From Carcharhinus longimanus (lineage: Eukaryota): a stretch of DNA of 64,000 nt. This document shows positions 1 through 11,564 of this stretch, piece by piece. Location: positions 71,905,233 to 71,969,232 of the forward strand of contig JASCQW010000081.1 in the NCBI GenBank assembly GCA_030264375.1, given 5' to 3'. The notes beneath the pieces are model-generated. The model saw nothing but the letters and a program-made list of their open reading frames with translations. It was not told the DNA's origin and did not search any database. Position 1 is the first letter of the stretch. Every line of letters starts with the position of its first letter. The position numbers were made by a program, and so were the translations under genes.

Positions 1-656
1 AAATATTGCAGGAAAGGTAAATCTACTTTAAGTTCATTAGTGTGATAAAGAAACACAGACTTTAAACTGATGAAATACAGATTTTAAACTGAAAACAAGA
101 AGCTCTTCACGTGTTCTATCAAAATTCATTTTATGGAATGTGGGCATCACTGGCCGAGGCCAATATTTATTGCCCATCCCTAATTGCCATTAAGAGGGCA
201 TTGGAGGGTCACACATCGCTGTGGATTTGGAGTCACATGTAGGTTAGACAGTAAGGACAGCAGATTTCATTCACTAAAAGACATTAGTTAAATCCTAATA
301 CATGTCACAGAGGCAACATTTCTATTACTTGTCTGGTAGATCTTATTGTGGGTTGGGATGCAGGCAGCAGGGTTTCAATACACTTTTAATTCCATATTTA
401 TTTCATCATTAACCTCAAATTCCACGAGCTGCTGCATTGGGATTCGAATCCAGGATACCCAGAGCATTAGCCTGGGTCCAATGCCAAAACCACTATACAG
501 ATATTCAGATATTGTAAACAACCGTGAAGAGTGTATCATTGTTAATGTTAATTTATGTTAATTTTAATTTATGAATTTATTAACATTTTCCAACTCTGTA
601 GTTATTATATTCAACAAACTGTTTCCATCATGGACTGTTTTCTTCTCTCCTTTTAG

Positions 657-784
657 GCAGAAGAATTTTGTGACTGGTATCCCACAGCAGCTGCCAGACG
701 GAATGCTTATTTCGGCTCTGCCCAGTGAAATCCAGTGTCAGGAAGAGCTATCTGATCCCATACCAGACCCAGATTACCTCACAG
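657..784 (+). CDS. ASTN1: Internal coding exon of astrotactin-1 (region at the start of the MACPF domain)
   Basis: Acceptor ttcttctctccttttag|G (AG 655-656), donor ACAG|gttagg (GT 785-786); 128 nt, phase 2 to phase 1. Encodes (R)[42 protein letters not shown](G), collinear without gaps with recalled human ASTN1 [44 protein letters not shown] and closer to it than to the ASTN2 paralog. Confidence 0.88.
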
Positions 785-1029
785 GTTAGGCTGAACCTGA
801 ACTTTCTTTTTTGTGGTTTGTTGCACTTAACTTGAAGACAATTAAAGTTTGAATCAATCAATATTTGACGTATTTGAGGCAAATGAGACCATTCCTCATT
901 AAATGGAACTTCATGCTCTGCTTGCACAGAGTGGCATATTCAAATGAGGGAGGAAAGCATGGATATTGGAGGCGTTAATTGACATGCTTGATTTTTTTTT
1001 CTCTTGGGATGTGCTCTTTTTTAAAATTT

Positions 1030-1325
1030 ACTTTATTATGTTACAAGTAGGCTTACATTAACACTGCAATGAAGTTACTCTGAAAATCCCCTAGTGGCCA
1101 CACTTTGGCACCTGTTCGGGTACATTGAGGGAAAATTTAGCATGGCCAGTGCACCTAAGCAGCACGTCTTTTGGACAGTGGGAGGAAAGCAGAGCGCCCG
1201 GAGGAAACCCACACAGACACAGGGAGAATGTGCAGACTCTGCACAGACAGTGACTCAAGCCGGGAATCAAACCCGGGGCCCTGGTGCTGTCAGGCAGCAA
1301 TGCTAACCACTGTGCCACTAAGCCG
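1030..1325 (-). mobile_element. tRNA-derived V-SINE (HE1-like head, alternative 'gtaagcctacttgtgaca' tail)
   Basis: Reverse complement reads gtggcacagtggttagcattgctgcc...gggtttcctccgggcgctc...catgctaaattttccctc...gtaagcctacttgt; many copies in the window. Confidence 0.85.
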
Positions 1326-2789
1326 TCCCTGCATCTTTGGAAAAGACAGCATTTGTTGCCCATCCATTTTGCCACAACTGTGTGGCCTGCTCAGCTATTT
1401 CAGAGTCAGTGACATTGCTGTGAAACTGGAGTCAAATATGTTTCTATTGTAGTTGAGGCCAAAATGTTGTCTGATTTCAAGAAAAAATTAGATATAGCTT
1501 TTGGGTCTAAAGGGATCAAGGGATATGGGAGGAAGGGAGGCATCAAGTTATTGAATTTGATGATCAGTCATGATCATAATGAATGACAGAACAGGGTCAA
1601 AGGGCCAAATGGCCTATTCCTGCTTCTAGTTTCTTTGTTTCTATAGGTCAGATCAGGCGAAGACAGCACATGTTGTCCCCTGAATAACATAGGTGAATCT
1701 GATAAATTTTTACAAAAATCAATCATTATTTCAAACTAGCTTTCAATTCCAGATTTATTAGTTAATTTAATTTATTAATTATTTGCATTTAACTTCTACC
1801 AGTTGCCATGCTGGGTTTGAAACCCATGTCCCCATTACCCTGTGGCTTGAGATTACTGCTCCAGTGACCTTACCACATCATCATCTTCCTTCAAAATGCA
1901 TTTGTCTTAACATGGAGAGGAATATATAGCACATACAGGACTACAGAGCCAAAGACGAATAGCACAAACTGACATCTCAATAGCATCATCAAATGTAAGT
2001 GGCACTTAACGGAAAGGAAATCCCAAACTAGCAATTCATCTCAAACTCTGTTGTCTGTGAAATTCTGTCCTATGTGCGACAGAACCTCCCAGGTACATAT
2101 AGGCCTTAGGAGTCACCTATGTACCCATTAGAACATCACCAAACACTCCAGGTGATAAATTAGGTCATTTTCATCAATGGACAACCAATAACAATCTTAG
2201 GATCTTTTCTTTAAAAGCAATACGTATCTGCTTGTGAGCCATGTTCTTGTCCTTGTTTGCTCCATTTGTTTGTCAACCCTATCCAAATTAATACTTCTTA
2301 ACCCTAGAATGAATGAACAGGCAGTTTGTTATTTAGTGGGCTGAATATTTCTTTAAAGCCTAATGTTATGCTCAGCATATAGTCTTATTTTGTTTTGGAC
2401 ATTCAGTTGTGAATCGATTCCATTCTAATATGAAATGGTTTCCCTTGTAGGGATTGCATACTAACTGAAAGAAAAACTCATTCAAGCCACAAATGTAATG
2501 GAAATTCGGGGGATCCATCCATAAGGAATATAGGAGCAGTAATTGGCTATATTGAGCATGTCAAGTCTGCTTTGTCAATCAATAAGAACATGGCTATTCT
2601 GTACCTTTATTCTATTTAAATACTGTAGACTCTTAAAACTCTTAACTAACAACAATCTACCCATCTTAATTTTGAAATTTTCAATAGATTCACTGCCTCA
2701 ACAACTTTCTTCAGGGAGAAGGTTCCATATTTCCACTACCCGTTCTATGATGAGATGCTTCCTGTCATCACTGCTGAATAGTTATAAGA

Positions 2790-3660
2790 TTTCACAGAAT
2801 CGTTACTGTGCAACAGGAGGCCATTTGGCCCATCATGTCTGCACTGGCTCTCCACATGAGCATCATGACTTAGTGCCTTTCCCTTGCCTTTACCCCATTC
2901 CCCAACATATTGTTTCTATTAAAGTAATCATCTAATGTCCGACTGAAGTGTTTGGTCTCAATTGAACCTGCCACCACCACACTTCTAGGCAGTGCATTCC
3001 AGACCAAACTACTTGTGTGAAAAGTTTTTTTTTCACATCACATCTTCTTATTTTGTAGATCACTTTAAATCTGTGCCCTCTTGTGCTTGATCCTTTTATG
3101 ACTAGGAACAGTTGGTACTTATCTACCCTGTCCAGCCCCCTCATGATTTTGAACACCTCCATCAAATCTCCTCTCAGCATTCTTCTCTTCAAGGAGAACA
3201 ATCCCAACTTCTCCAAACTTTCCTCAAAAGTGACGCTTCTCAACACTGGAACTGTTCTTGTAAACCTCTTCTGCACACTCTCTCCAATGTGTTCACGGAT
3301 TAGCACTGCTGCCTCACAGTATCAGGGATCATGGATTTGATTCCCAGCTCGGGTCACTGGCTGTGCAGAGTCTGCACATTCTCCCCATGGGTTTCCTTCA
3401 GGTGCTCCGGTTTCCTTCCACAGTCTGAAAGATGTACTGGTTAGGTGCATTGGCCATGCTAAATTCTCCCTCAGTGTAACCGAAGGGGCGCTGGAGTGTG
3501 GCGACTAGGGGATTTTCACAGTAACTTCATTGCAGTGTTAATGTAAGCCTACCTGTGACATTATTAAATAAACTTTAATTTTAACATCTTTCCTATAGCG
3601 TGACACCCAGAACTTAACACAATATTCCAGCTGAGGTCCAACTAGGGTCTTGTATACACT
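2790..3660 (-). mobile_element. CR1/HER1-type LINE 3' fragment interrupted by a V-SINE
   Basis: ORF 2932-3306 contains ESVQKRFTR...LEKLGLFSLKRRMLRGDLMEVFKIMRG...TRGHRFK, typical of the CR1 ORF2 C-terminus; the LINE resumes after ~3580. Confidence 0.85.
3296..3580 (+). mobile_element. V-SINE, alternative tail
   Basis: ttagcactgctgcctcacag...catgctaaattctccctcagtgta...cacagtaacttcattgcagtgttaatgtaagcctacctgtgaca. Confidence 0.85.
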
Positions 3661-4094
3661 CCTTCTATCCACTTGTTCTGGACATCGTACCAGAGGAAAT
3701 AATACAAATCTGCTTTATCAAATCCTTCAATCCCTCTTGAATGCCTTGATCAGATCATCCCTTAATCTACTGTAGCTGACAATAGAAGTCTCATCCATGC
3801 AACTTGTTTTCATAATTTAATCCTTTAGCCCCATTGCCATCTGGTGAACAGGGTGTTCACTCTTAATTAAATAAAGCATTCATTTGGTTCCATAGCCAAC
3901 AAGAGCCCTTTTCAAATGTTCAAAGCTTGAACAATGTAATCTGGGGTGGTCCTCTGTTATAGGACCATGCTTACTTAAATTTAGACCCCATCAATAGCCA
4001 ACCTTTAGACTAAGAGCTCCACAATTATTCTAATCAACAGAGACAAAACTCCATTGACCGAGTATCACTTGTTATTAAATGTTCTAAGCAAAAT

Positions 4095-4368
4095 AAAGTT
4101 TATTTATTAGTCACAAGTAAGGCTTACATTAACACTGCAATGAAGTTACTGCGAAATTCCCCTCGTCGCCAGAGTCCGGCGCTTGTTTGAGTCAATGTAC
4201 CTAACTAGCACGTCTTTCAGAATGTGGGAGGAAACTGAAGTGCATGGAGGAAACCCACGCAGACACGGTGAGAATATCCAAACTCCACACAGACCTAAGC
4301 CGGGAATCGAACCCAAGTCCCTAGCGCTGTGAGGCAGCAGTGCTAAACACTGTGTCACCATGCTGCCC
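4095..4368 (-). mobile_element. V-SINE, alternative tail
   Basis: Inverted copy of the 3296 element with intact head (gggcagcatggtgacacagtg) and B-box ggttcgattcc. Confidence 0.85.
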
Positions 4369-5283
4369 TAAGCTTGATCAAAGGAGCAGGTTTTAATAAC
4401 AACAACATAATGCAGTAAAACATACCAAGGTACTTAACAGGAGAGTTATCAAAATTGGTACCATGCTATATAACAGTATATCAGTCGCAGAGGTGTGTAT
4501 TTAGAAGGAGACAGAGATAGGGAAGTGGAGAAATTTAGGGAGGGATATTTATAAGTTAAGGCCTAGACAGCTGAAGGCATGGTTGCCAATGATAGAGTGA
4601 TTAAAATTCTGATTGCTTCTGAGGCCAGAAGCGCTGGAGCATAGATATTTCAGAGGGTCAGTCAGTGTACTAATGAAATGTGTGTTTACTAAGCAGGATG
4701 TGGTTAGTCCGTATGCTAACAGAGTTTCTGAATGGATTTGTACACTAATTGAATATGTTTCTATTCAGAAGAGTGGGTGTTGGTTGCTGTGTTCTGATGC
4801 AGGTTGCATCTATTCAGCGTAGCAAGTATTATTATAAACTTTAATGGAATTCTTAAGAATAAATTTCAGAGTGGTCATTACTCGAGAACCTCTCCTATTA
4901 TGGCATCTAAGGTTATATTGAAAAACTTGGGAGTTTCCATCTCTACTACCTTACTTCGTAATATGTCTTGATAAGCAGTATATACAATGATCTGATGAGC
5001 AGACAGATCAAAAGGAAGAAGCTGCAGCCATTCTGTCTTCAACATATGTTTATATTCAAAACCTGGTGTAAAGTAATTGTGGACTACTTCTCCTTGCCAC
5101 GCAGTTTTCCCCCGACACCAATGAAAGCAGGTTCTTATACTCGTTTTAATAAATAAAAATCAATCAAATAATCTAACGAAAGGGTGACCTGCTGGGACAC
5201 TGTAATGGAAACAAAACATCAAAAAGGAAACTTAACTAACTGAACTAAAATGTCATTCTCGAGGGCGATGATGCCCAAACTAT

Positions 5284-5598
5284 GGGCAGCATAGTGGTTA
5301 ACACTGCTGCCTCACAATGCCAGGGACCTGGGTTCGATTCCTGGCTTGGATCACTATCTGTGTGGAGTTGGCACATTCTCCCCGTGTCTGCGTGGGTTTC
5401 CTCCAGGTGCTCCAGTTTCCTCGCACAGTCCAAAAATGTGCAGGTTAGGTGGATTGGCCATGCTAAATTGCCCCTTAGTGTCAGGAGGAATTGGCTTGGG
5501 TAAATGCATGGGGTTATGGGCTGGGTGGGATTGTGGTCAGTGCAGACCCGATGGGCCAAATGGCACCCTTCTGCACTGTAAGTCTCTATGATTCTATG
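5284..5598 (+). mobile_element. HE1-type SINE, full length, CR1-type tail
   Basis: tRNA-like head (A box, B box ggttcgattcc), V-domain gtgggtttcctccaggtgctccagtttcctc, tail ending ctctatgattctatg. Confidence 0.9.
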
Positions 5599-6368
5599 AA
5601 CGCCCGCAGAGCCCATCAGTCGTAGGAAGGCCTGAAGTGTACTGATGAACAACTTGGGCTCCCTTTCCAAGGCCACCCGGCTGTCAATGTAGTCACAGTC
5701 GAGAGGCAGACAGTCAGGGTTGAACTGCCCCCTGTCTGGACCTAAACTGGTTCTTATCTATAATTGACCTCTAATCTTTCCCCAGTGAGCATCAGATGCT
5801 TTAAATCACAACAGCCTGCACTCAATGGTCACAGAGAGATTAATGCTATCCATCCTCTGTCCATCTGTAACTAACTTCATTTGTTCTCATTTGCAACAAT
5901 AATCTAGTATTTAGTTGATTGTTTTAAGGGTTTGTTCATTCAGCAAAGGAAAGGCCACTCACTCTATCCCTGTACGACATTTTTGTGAGAAGGCTAAAAT
6001 TAGATAAATTTACTTAGATGAGCAGATTCCTGCACATCCAAGTTTGTTGATAATGCAATAACTGGTGGCATAACTAATAGTGTAATGCAAGCATAAAAAT
6101 AAAAAGAGACCTTGATAGATTAAGCCAGTGGGTTTAGATAGGTGTGAAGTCATCCATTCTGACTCAAGAAGTTGAACATTATTTAAATCATGAAAAATTG
6201 GACGGCCAAAGAAATTTAGGAATTCATCTATGGAAGCCACTAAAATGTGGTTGTCAGCTCCAAAAAAAAAAAGCAAAAAGGATAATAGCTTAAAACTTTA
6301 TAACCAGCAAGCTAGAATATAAAGGAGAGGAAGTTTTACTTTAGCTGACAAAGCCCTGGTGAGACTAT

Positions 6369-7534
6369 AGGCCCGATTTTACCATTTTGATCAGACTTGG
6401 AAACCTGTTCTCAGGTGTCCCCATATGTACTTAGCATGAAAAAAAATCACGAGTCTGAATTGCGCTGTGGGTGGGGCTTATCACTCTCCGTGGTCTGAAC
6501 TGCGCATGCACAGTCAAAAAAAATTTGAAAAGTGCGCCCCTGTCACATTGCTGCCAGGCCGCAAAAGGTGGATAAAACGGGCTGAAAGCGATGGCCCACG
6601 CAGACATCGCCCCATCCCCACCACATAACTGTCCCCCTTATCCAGCCACTCCCCCCCNNNNNNNNNNNNNNNNNNNNNNNNNNNNNNNNNNNNNNNNNNN
6701 NNNNNNNNNNNNNNNNNNNNNNNNNNNNNNNNNNNNNNNNNNNNNNNNNNNNNNNNNNNNNNNNNNNNNNNNNNNNNNNNNNNNNNNNNNNNNNNNNNNN
6801 NNNNNNNNNNNNNNNNNNNNNNNNNNNNNNNNNNNNNNNNNNNNNNNNNNNNNNNNNNNNNNNNNNNNNNNNNNNNNNNNNNNNNNNNNNNNNNNNNNNN
6901 NNNNNNNNNNNNNNNNNNNNNNNNNNNNNNNCCCCAATAGAAAATGATCATGTCTTCCTCCTCGCCCCACAAAAGAGAATGATCAGGCCTGCCTCCCCGC
7001 ACCCCCCACCCCACCACCAGAGATACATCTGACCCGCCTCCCTTCTCTGAGAATGATTGGCCTTCTCTCCTCCCTCCCTCCCTCCCTCCCAGAGCACGAT
7101 TGGGCCTCCCTCCTCTCCTCATGCTCTCCCACTCTCCCCACCAGAGAATGATCTGGCCCGCCTCCTCCCCCTCACTGAGTCAGAGAGCCGTTGGAAGATT
7201 TGAACTTACCTCTGCAGAAGCTGGAGCACCCGAAACAGACCTTTGCCGAGCGTGCCTGTTTCGCGTCAAATCAGAACAGGCGAACGCAATGGTAAAGGGG
7301 GAAATGCAGGTAAAGTTGGGCGGGCAGCTCATTAATTTGATTAAATGCATGCAAATGCATTTAAATCAGCATTGCACCCACTTTGGGCATGGTTTGGGTT
7401 GCAGCCATTTTCAGGTCTTGGTAAAGTGGGCATCTGCACGGACATGGGCACAGATCACGCTAATCGCCTCACGCCCGACTTTACTGAGTTTTCACGCCCG
7501 TTTTCGTGTGTGACACAATGGTAAAATCGGGCCC
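6369..7534. mobile_element. Non-autonomous DNA transposon, PIF/Harbinger-like, inserted in a CR1 fragment
   Basis: 18-bp TIRs aggcccgattttaccatt / aatggtaaaatcgggccc (17/18 match), 3-bp TSD TAT at 6366-6368 and 7535-7537; CR1-like sequence is continuous across the flanks. Contains N gap 6658-6931. Confidence 0.8.
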
Positions 7535-8705
7535 TATGCCTAGACTTTGTGTTGGGTGTTGCATCTTAGAAAGGATATTTAGACCATTGGAAGGAGTGCA
7601 GTGCAGATTGACTGGCACATTAATGGGCTAGATTGTGAGGTGGGATCCCTCAAACTGGACACACATTCTCTGAAATATAAAGGGTTGAGAGGTGATTTGA
7701 TTGAAACATTTAGGATTTTGTAAAAGATTGATAGGGTCATTAGACAGGACATAGGGGCATAAGCTTAAAATTGGAACAAAGTCGTGAAGAAGTGAAGTCT
7801 TCTTCACACAAGGGAGGATCCTCCCACCAAAAGCAGTAGATACCAGCTCAGTTAATAATTTTCAATCTGAAAGTGATACATATTACATTAGCAAGCTCCA
7901 TCTTGTGAAATAATGGTTTGCACTTGGTAGTTGGCATTGCTTGGTGAGCCTCTGGAACTCTGTTCTGGCATGGCAGTCTCTGTCGCACTTGCTGCCAAGG
8001 AAGACAGTGGGCTGAGATGTGCCCGATTCGCTGGTCTCTGATTTTTCTGGACTCCCTTTTTGTCCATCTAAGCTTTTTTGTTTCTGCTCACCTCTTCCAA
8101 ACATTACCCAGTGTGCCGTGTACATAGTTATTGTTCATTCAACAACTTAATAAGTTGCCCGCTGTGCGGTCGTTTCTTGTTTACTCAGAGGAATAAGGAT
8201 GACTCACTGAGCTCAGAAATTGATTTATTTACCAAGAGAGTAAAAGTCAATAGACTATGGGTTGTTTTGGTTCGTAGGTCTATTCCCAGTACTTGTGAGT
8301 TTTATTTATCTGGTCCCAGTGGGGTTCAGGTAAATGATCCCGAACTCAATGACATTGCGATGATAAGCACTGCAACAGTTATGGAAATCAGAATATTTCA
8401 GTGCGAGAACTGATGCTGTCTCACCAGAAGCTGAAACTAAGTGAAGAGGGAATAGTCCACAACTGGTTTGATGTACAATGAAGAAGCATCAATCCTGAGC
8501 TGTAATTTCTCACTACTTGTGCACTGACATCAGACAGCCCACTGACTCCACACAGCGGCCACACTGTTCAATGTACGTGAAATGATCTTCACAGGATCGC
8601 TGAACATGGCGAGCACTTGTTCCAAAGTGGTTGGGCTGGTCGAGGCTGTGTTTGCTCCTAGTCCAATGCAGTGCACACCATTGCAAATGTTCATTCTGCT
8701 TTTCT

Positions 8706-8770
8706 TTGGAGATGCCAGCGTTAGAATGGGGTAAACACAGTAAGAACCTGGTGTTGTGAGATGACTTACT
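8706..8770. mobile_element. Tiny Penelope pseudo-LTR remnant (collapsed inverted ends)
   Basis: ggagatgccagcgttagaatggggtaaacacagtaagaa (reverse complement of the PLE 3' end at 11960-12000) is fused to cctggtgttgtgaga...cttac. Confidence 0.65.
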
Positions 8771-10074
8771 TTCTTTTACAGTACAGGGAAAATAAATAAC
8801 TTACATTTATATATCACCTTTCCCAACCTCAGGATGTCCTATGCCCTTTACAGCACTCTTTGAAGCTTAAGCTACTGTTGATTAATTACCGGGCTTAACA
8901 TATTGTGAGTAACTCTCACAGGTTTTCTTTTGTTTCATGTAAAGCTCAGGTATTTAGGTTGAAACCATCGTGAATAATAGGAGCCCCCTTTCAACGGTGC
9001 ATGTGTAGCGTCTTCAGTCTTTCTCTCCATCTGGGAAATTTTACTGCCCGAATCTCAGTTGTATTAATCTGCCTGTAATTTATTCAGGTAATAAAGAAAA
9101 AGCCTAACCTTTCCTTATCTGTCCCCACGCCTCCCAGTGGGCTTTTCGACTTCCCAGTATCATGTCCTTTGCAGCTGCTGTGTATTATGTATGAGTACAT
9201 GTGCCTTGTCTTGGTAGAAAAGGCAAGCTATTAATTTGACTCTGAACACATTTAGCATTAGAGGCATTTTATTACCTGCTGTTTGCAGTGAAAGCTATGG
9301 ACAGAAAATAAGTGTTACTGCTGCTGAACTGTTGGAAGCATCTCTTTGGTATATGTGTGAATAGTCATTAAATAATAGGCAAACGACCTACTTTAAGTTT
9401 ATGGAATTAGATCATAGTGAACAATTCGATTCATTTGATCTGAAAGTGATTAGTGTCTTAGAGAATGTAGAACATTTCTGGCTGCGTGCTCCGACTTCTT
9501 AGTCTGAAAACAAATAGGACGAGCCTTTTTTTTACTTTACTTTATTCGGATCTTTTAATTTCACTGATGTTCAGGGCAGAACTCACTCCTTATAACTTTC
9601 TATTAAAAAAGGACCTTAGAGACTATTGAGATGTGGGAGATTATATCGCAGACTCAAGGCATTGATACTCCCTACCTCGAACTTGAATGCAGACTGTTAC
9701 TGGATCTTATTAACGCAGAGGAATTGTGTTTACCCTTTTTGTTTGGAACAAAGTGGACCCGTAAATAAACTAAATAACATTGATTGAAGAGACACAATAT
9801 GCTGTCCTCCCAGAGATAGGTGTAGATACAATCAACAATTGTTAGGATCAAGGCAATGTTGTACTAAACCTGGAATCTAGTGCAATATATAAGATTTGGT
9901 GGGTGTAGTTTGTGATACAAAATGTCTTTCATGCAACTTTCATAAGCTTATTGCTTTAGATGGCTCCTAGCTGCAGGAGTTTCACCTGATTTCCTTTAAA
10001 AGGGCAGAATTGAGAGACTAAAGAAGGAGTTAATTGTCTCTGATCTGTGGAACAAAACAATTTCAGTTTTTCAA

Positions 10075-10335
10075 CTCTGAAAAAGAGTCAAATGGACTTG
10101 AAGAGTTAACTCTGGATGGGATTCTCCAGCTGTGTGAGCCCCAAGACCAGAAATTCCCACCCAAGCTCAATGGACCTTTGAATGGACCAGCATATTTTCT
10201 GTTCCACCCACTATGATTCCTGCGGCAGGCCAGAAATGAGAATTTTGGCCTCTGTTTCTCTCTCCGCAGATGCTCCCTGACCCGCTCAGCTTTTCCAAAA
10301 TATTATGTTTTTATTTCAGATTCTTTTGCGTGTTG
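10075..10335 (+). mobile_element. PLE-derived short repeat (degenerate hammerhead + cagatgct...tttcagatt tail) with nested MITE 10114-10250
   Basis: ctgaaaaagagtcaaatggacttgaagagttaac-TCT-[MITE]-TCT-gtttctctctccgcagatgct. Related copies at ~17948-18044, 28227-28510, 30308-30380, 35598-35755, 52328-52450, 61435-61500. Confidence 0.6.
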
Positions 10336-11008
10336 CTCTTATATAGTGTGAGACTTTCTTAACAGCTAAAAGCTACCTAATTTTATCACTAATCCCTTCT
10401 GTGGGATTCAGAGGGGAGATGGTGGCCTTGTGGTATTGTCATGAGATTTGCAATCCAAAGATCAGGGGTAATGTTCTTGGGACCTGGGTTCAAATGCCAC
10501 CATTTGAATCAAATAAAATCAGGAATTAAAATTCCAGATGTCTCTGCAGTGCCACTGGGAGCCATGGCCACTTCTCGGATTGCAGCATCATCAGGCAGGG
10601 GCAGAAGGAAATCGGGGTAGGGGTGCAGAATTACTTTTAAGGGCCTCTAGTGAGCAAGGAGGCCTGAAGAGAAGGGACTCCCTCCCCTCATCTTGCCAGG
10701 CACCAGTCTGCCGGGTGAACACTTGGTTGATAAAATTGCAGTGGGCTGGGGCTGATATGTGGTGCTTAATTTTACACCCCAACTGCCATACTTCCTCTGG
10801 GGAACTGTAAATCTAGCCTGGGTATGCAAGACAGTTCAATTCTTTCATTCACTTTCAGGATATAAAATTCAGAAATAGTTTGACTGAACTGAGGGTCAGG
10901 GCCTGGGGCCACATTGAGGGTCAGAGCCTGGGGCCACATTGAGGGTCAGAGCCTGGGGCCACATTGAGGGTCAGAGCCTGGGGCCACATTGAGTGATTGG
11001 GTCACATT

Positions 11009-11107
11009 AGTGGTGTTTGCTACCAAATAAACCTGTTGGACTTTAACCTGGTATTGTGAGACTTCTTACTGTGTTCACCCCAGTCCAACGCTGGCATCTC
11101 CACATCA
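11009..11107 (+). mobile_element. Penelope-like pseudo-LTR 3' piece
   Basis: gtggtgtttgctaccaaataaacctgttggactttaacctggtattgtgagacttcttac...ggcatctccacatca; near-identical to 11903-12001. Confidence 0.8.
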
Positions 11108-11142
11108 GCACATTGAGGGTCAGAGCCTGGGGTCACATTGTG

Positions 11143-11508
11143 GTAAGAAGTCTCACAACACCAGGTTAAAGTCCAACAGATTTATTTGGTAGCACATGCC
11201 ACGAGCCACAAGCCACTTCTCGCCAAGGCCATCCCCACACTCCCACTTCTTGCCTTCAAACAACCGCACAACCTCAAACAGACCATTGTCCGCAGTAAGC
11301 TGCCAGCCTTCAGGAGAACAGTGACCATGACACCACACACCCCTGCCACAGCACCTCTGCAAGATATGCTGGATTATCCTCATGTGAGAACACCATCCAC
11401 CAGGTAGACAGTACATACTCTTGCAACTCGGCCAACGTTGTCTACATGATACGCTGCAGGAAAGGATGTCCCGAGGCATGATACCTTGGGGAGACCATGC
11501 AGTCACTA
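11143..11508 (+). mobile_element. Penelope-like element: inverted pLTR piece + degraded RT-linker/GIY-YIG fragment
   Basis: Translates to PTLPLLAFKQPHNLKQTIVRSKLP and YSCNSANVVYMIRCRKGCPEA*YLGET (GIY-YIG-type motif with an in-frame stop). Confidence 0.85.
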
Positions 11509-11564
11509 CATTGAGGGTCAGAGCCTGGGGCCACATTGAGGACTGGAGCCTGGGGCCACATTGA

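Noticed and set aside
571-789. 72-aa ORF as a standalone gene
   Set aside because: The first ~28 codons are intronic (polypyrimidine tract); only 657-784 matches ASTN1.
2451-2465. Next ASTN1 exon after tcccttgtag
   Set aside because: In the required phase it reads GG ATT GCA TAC TAA (stop), with no similarity to ASTN1.
6514-7122. ORFs spanning N runs
   Set aside because: Artefacts of untranslatable gaps.
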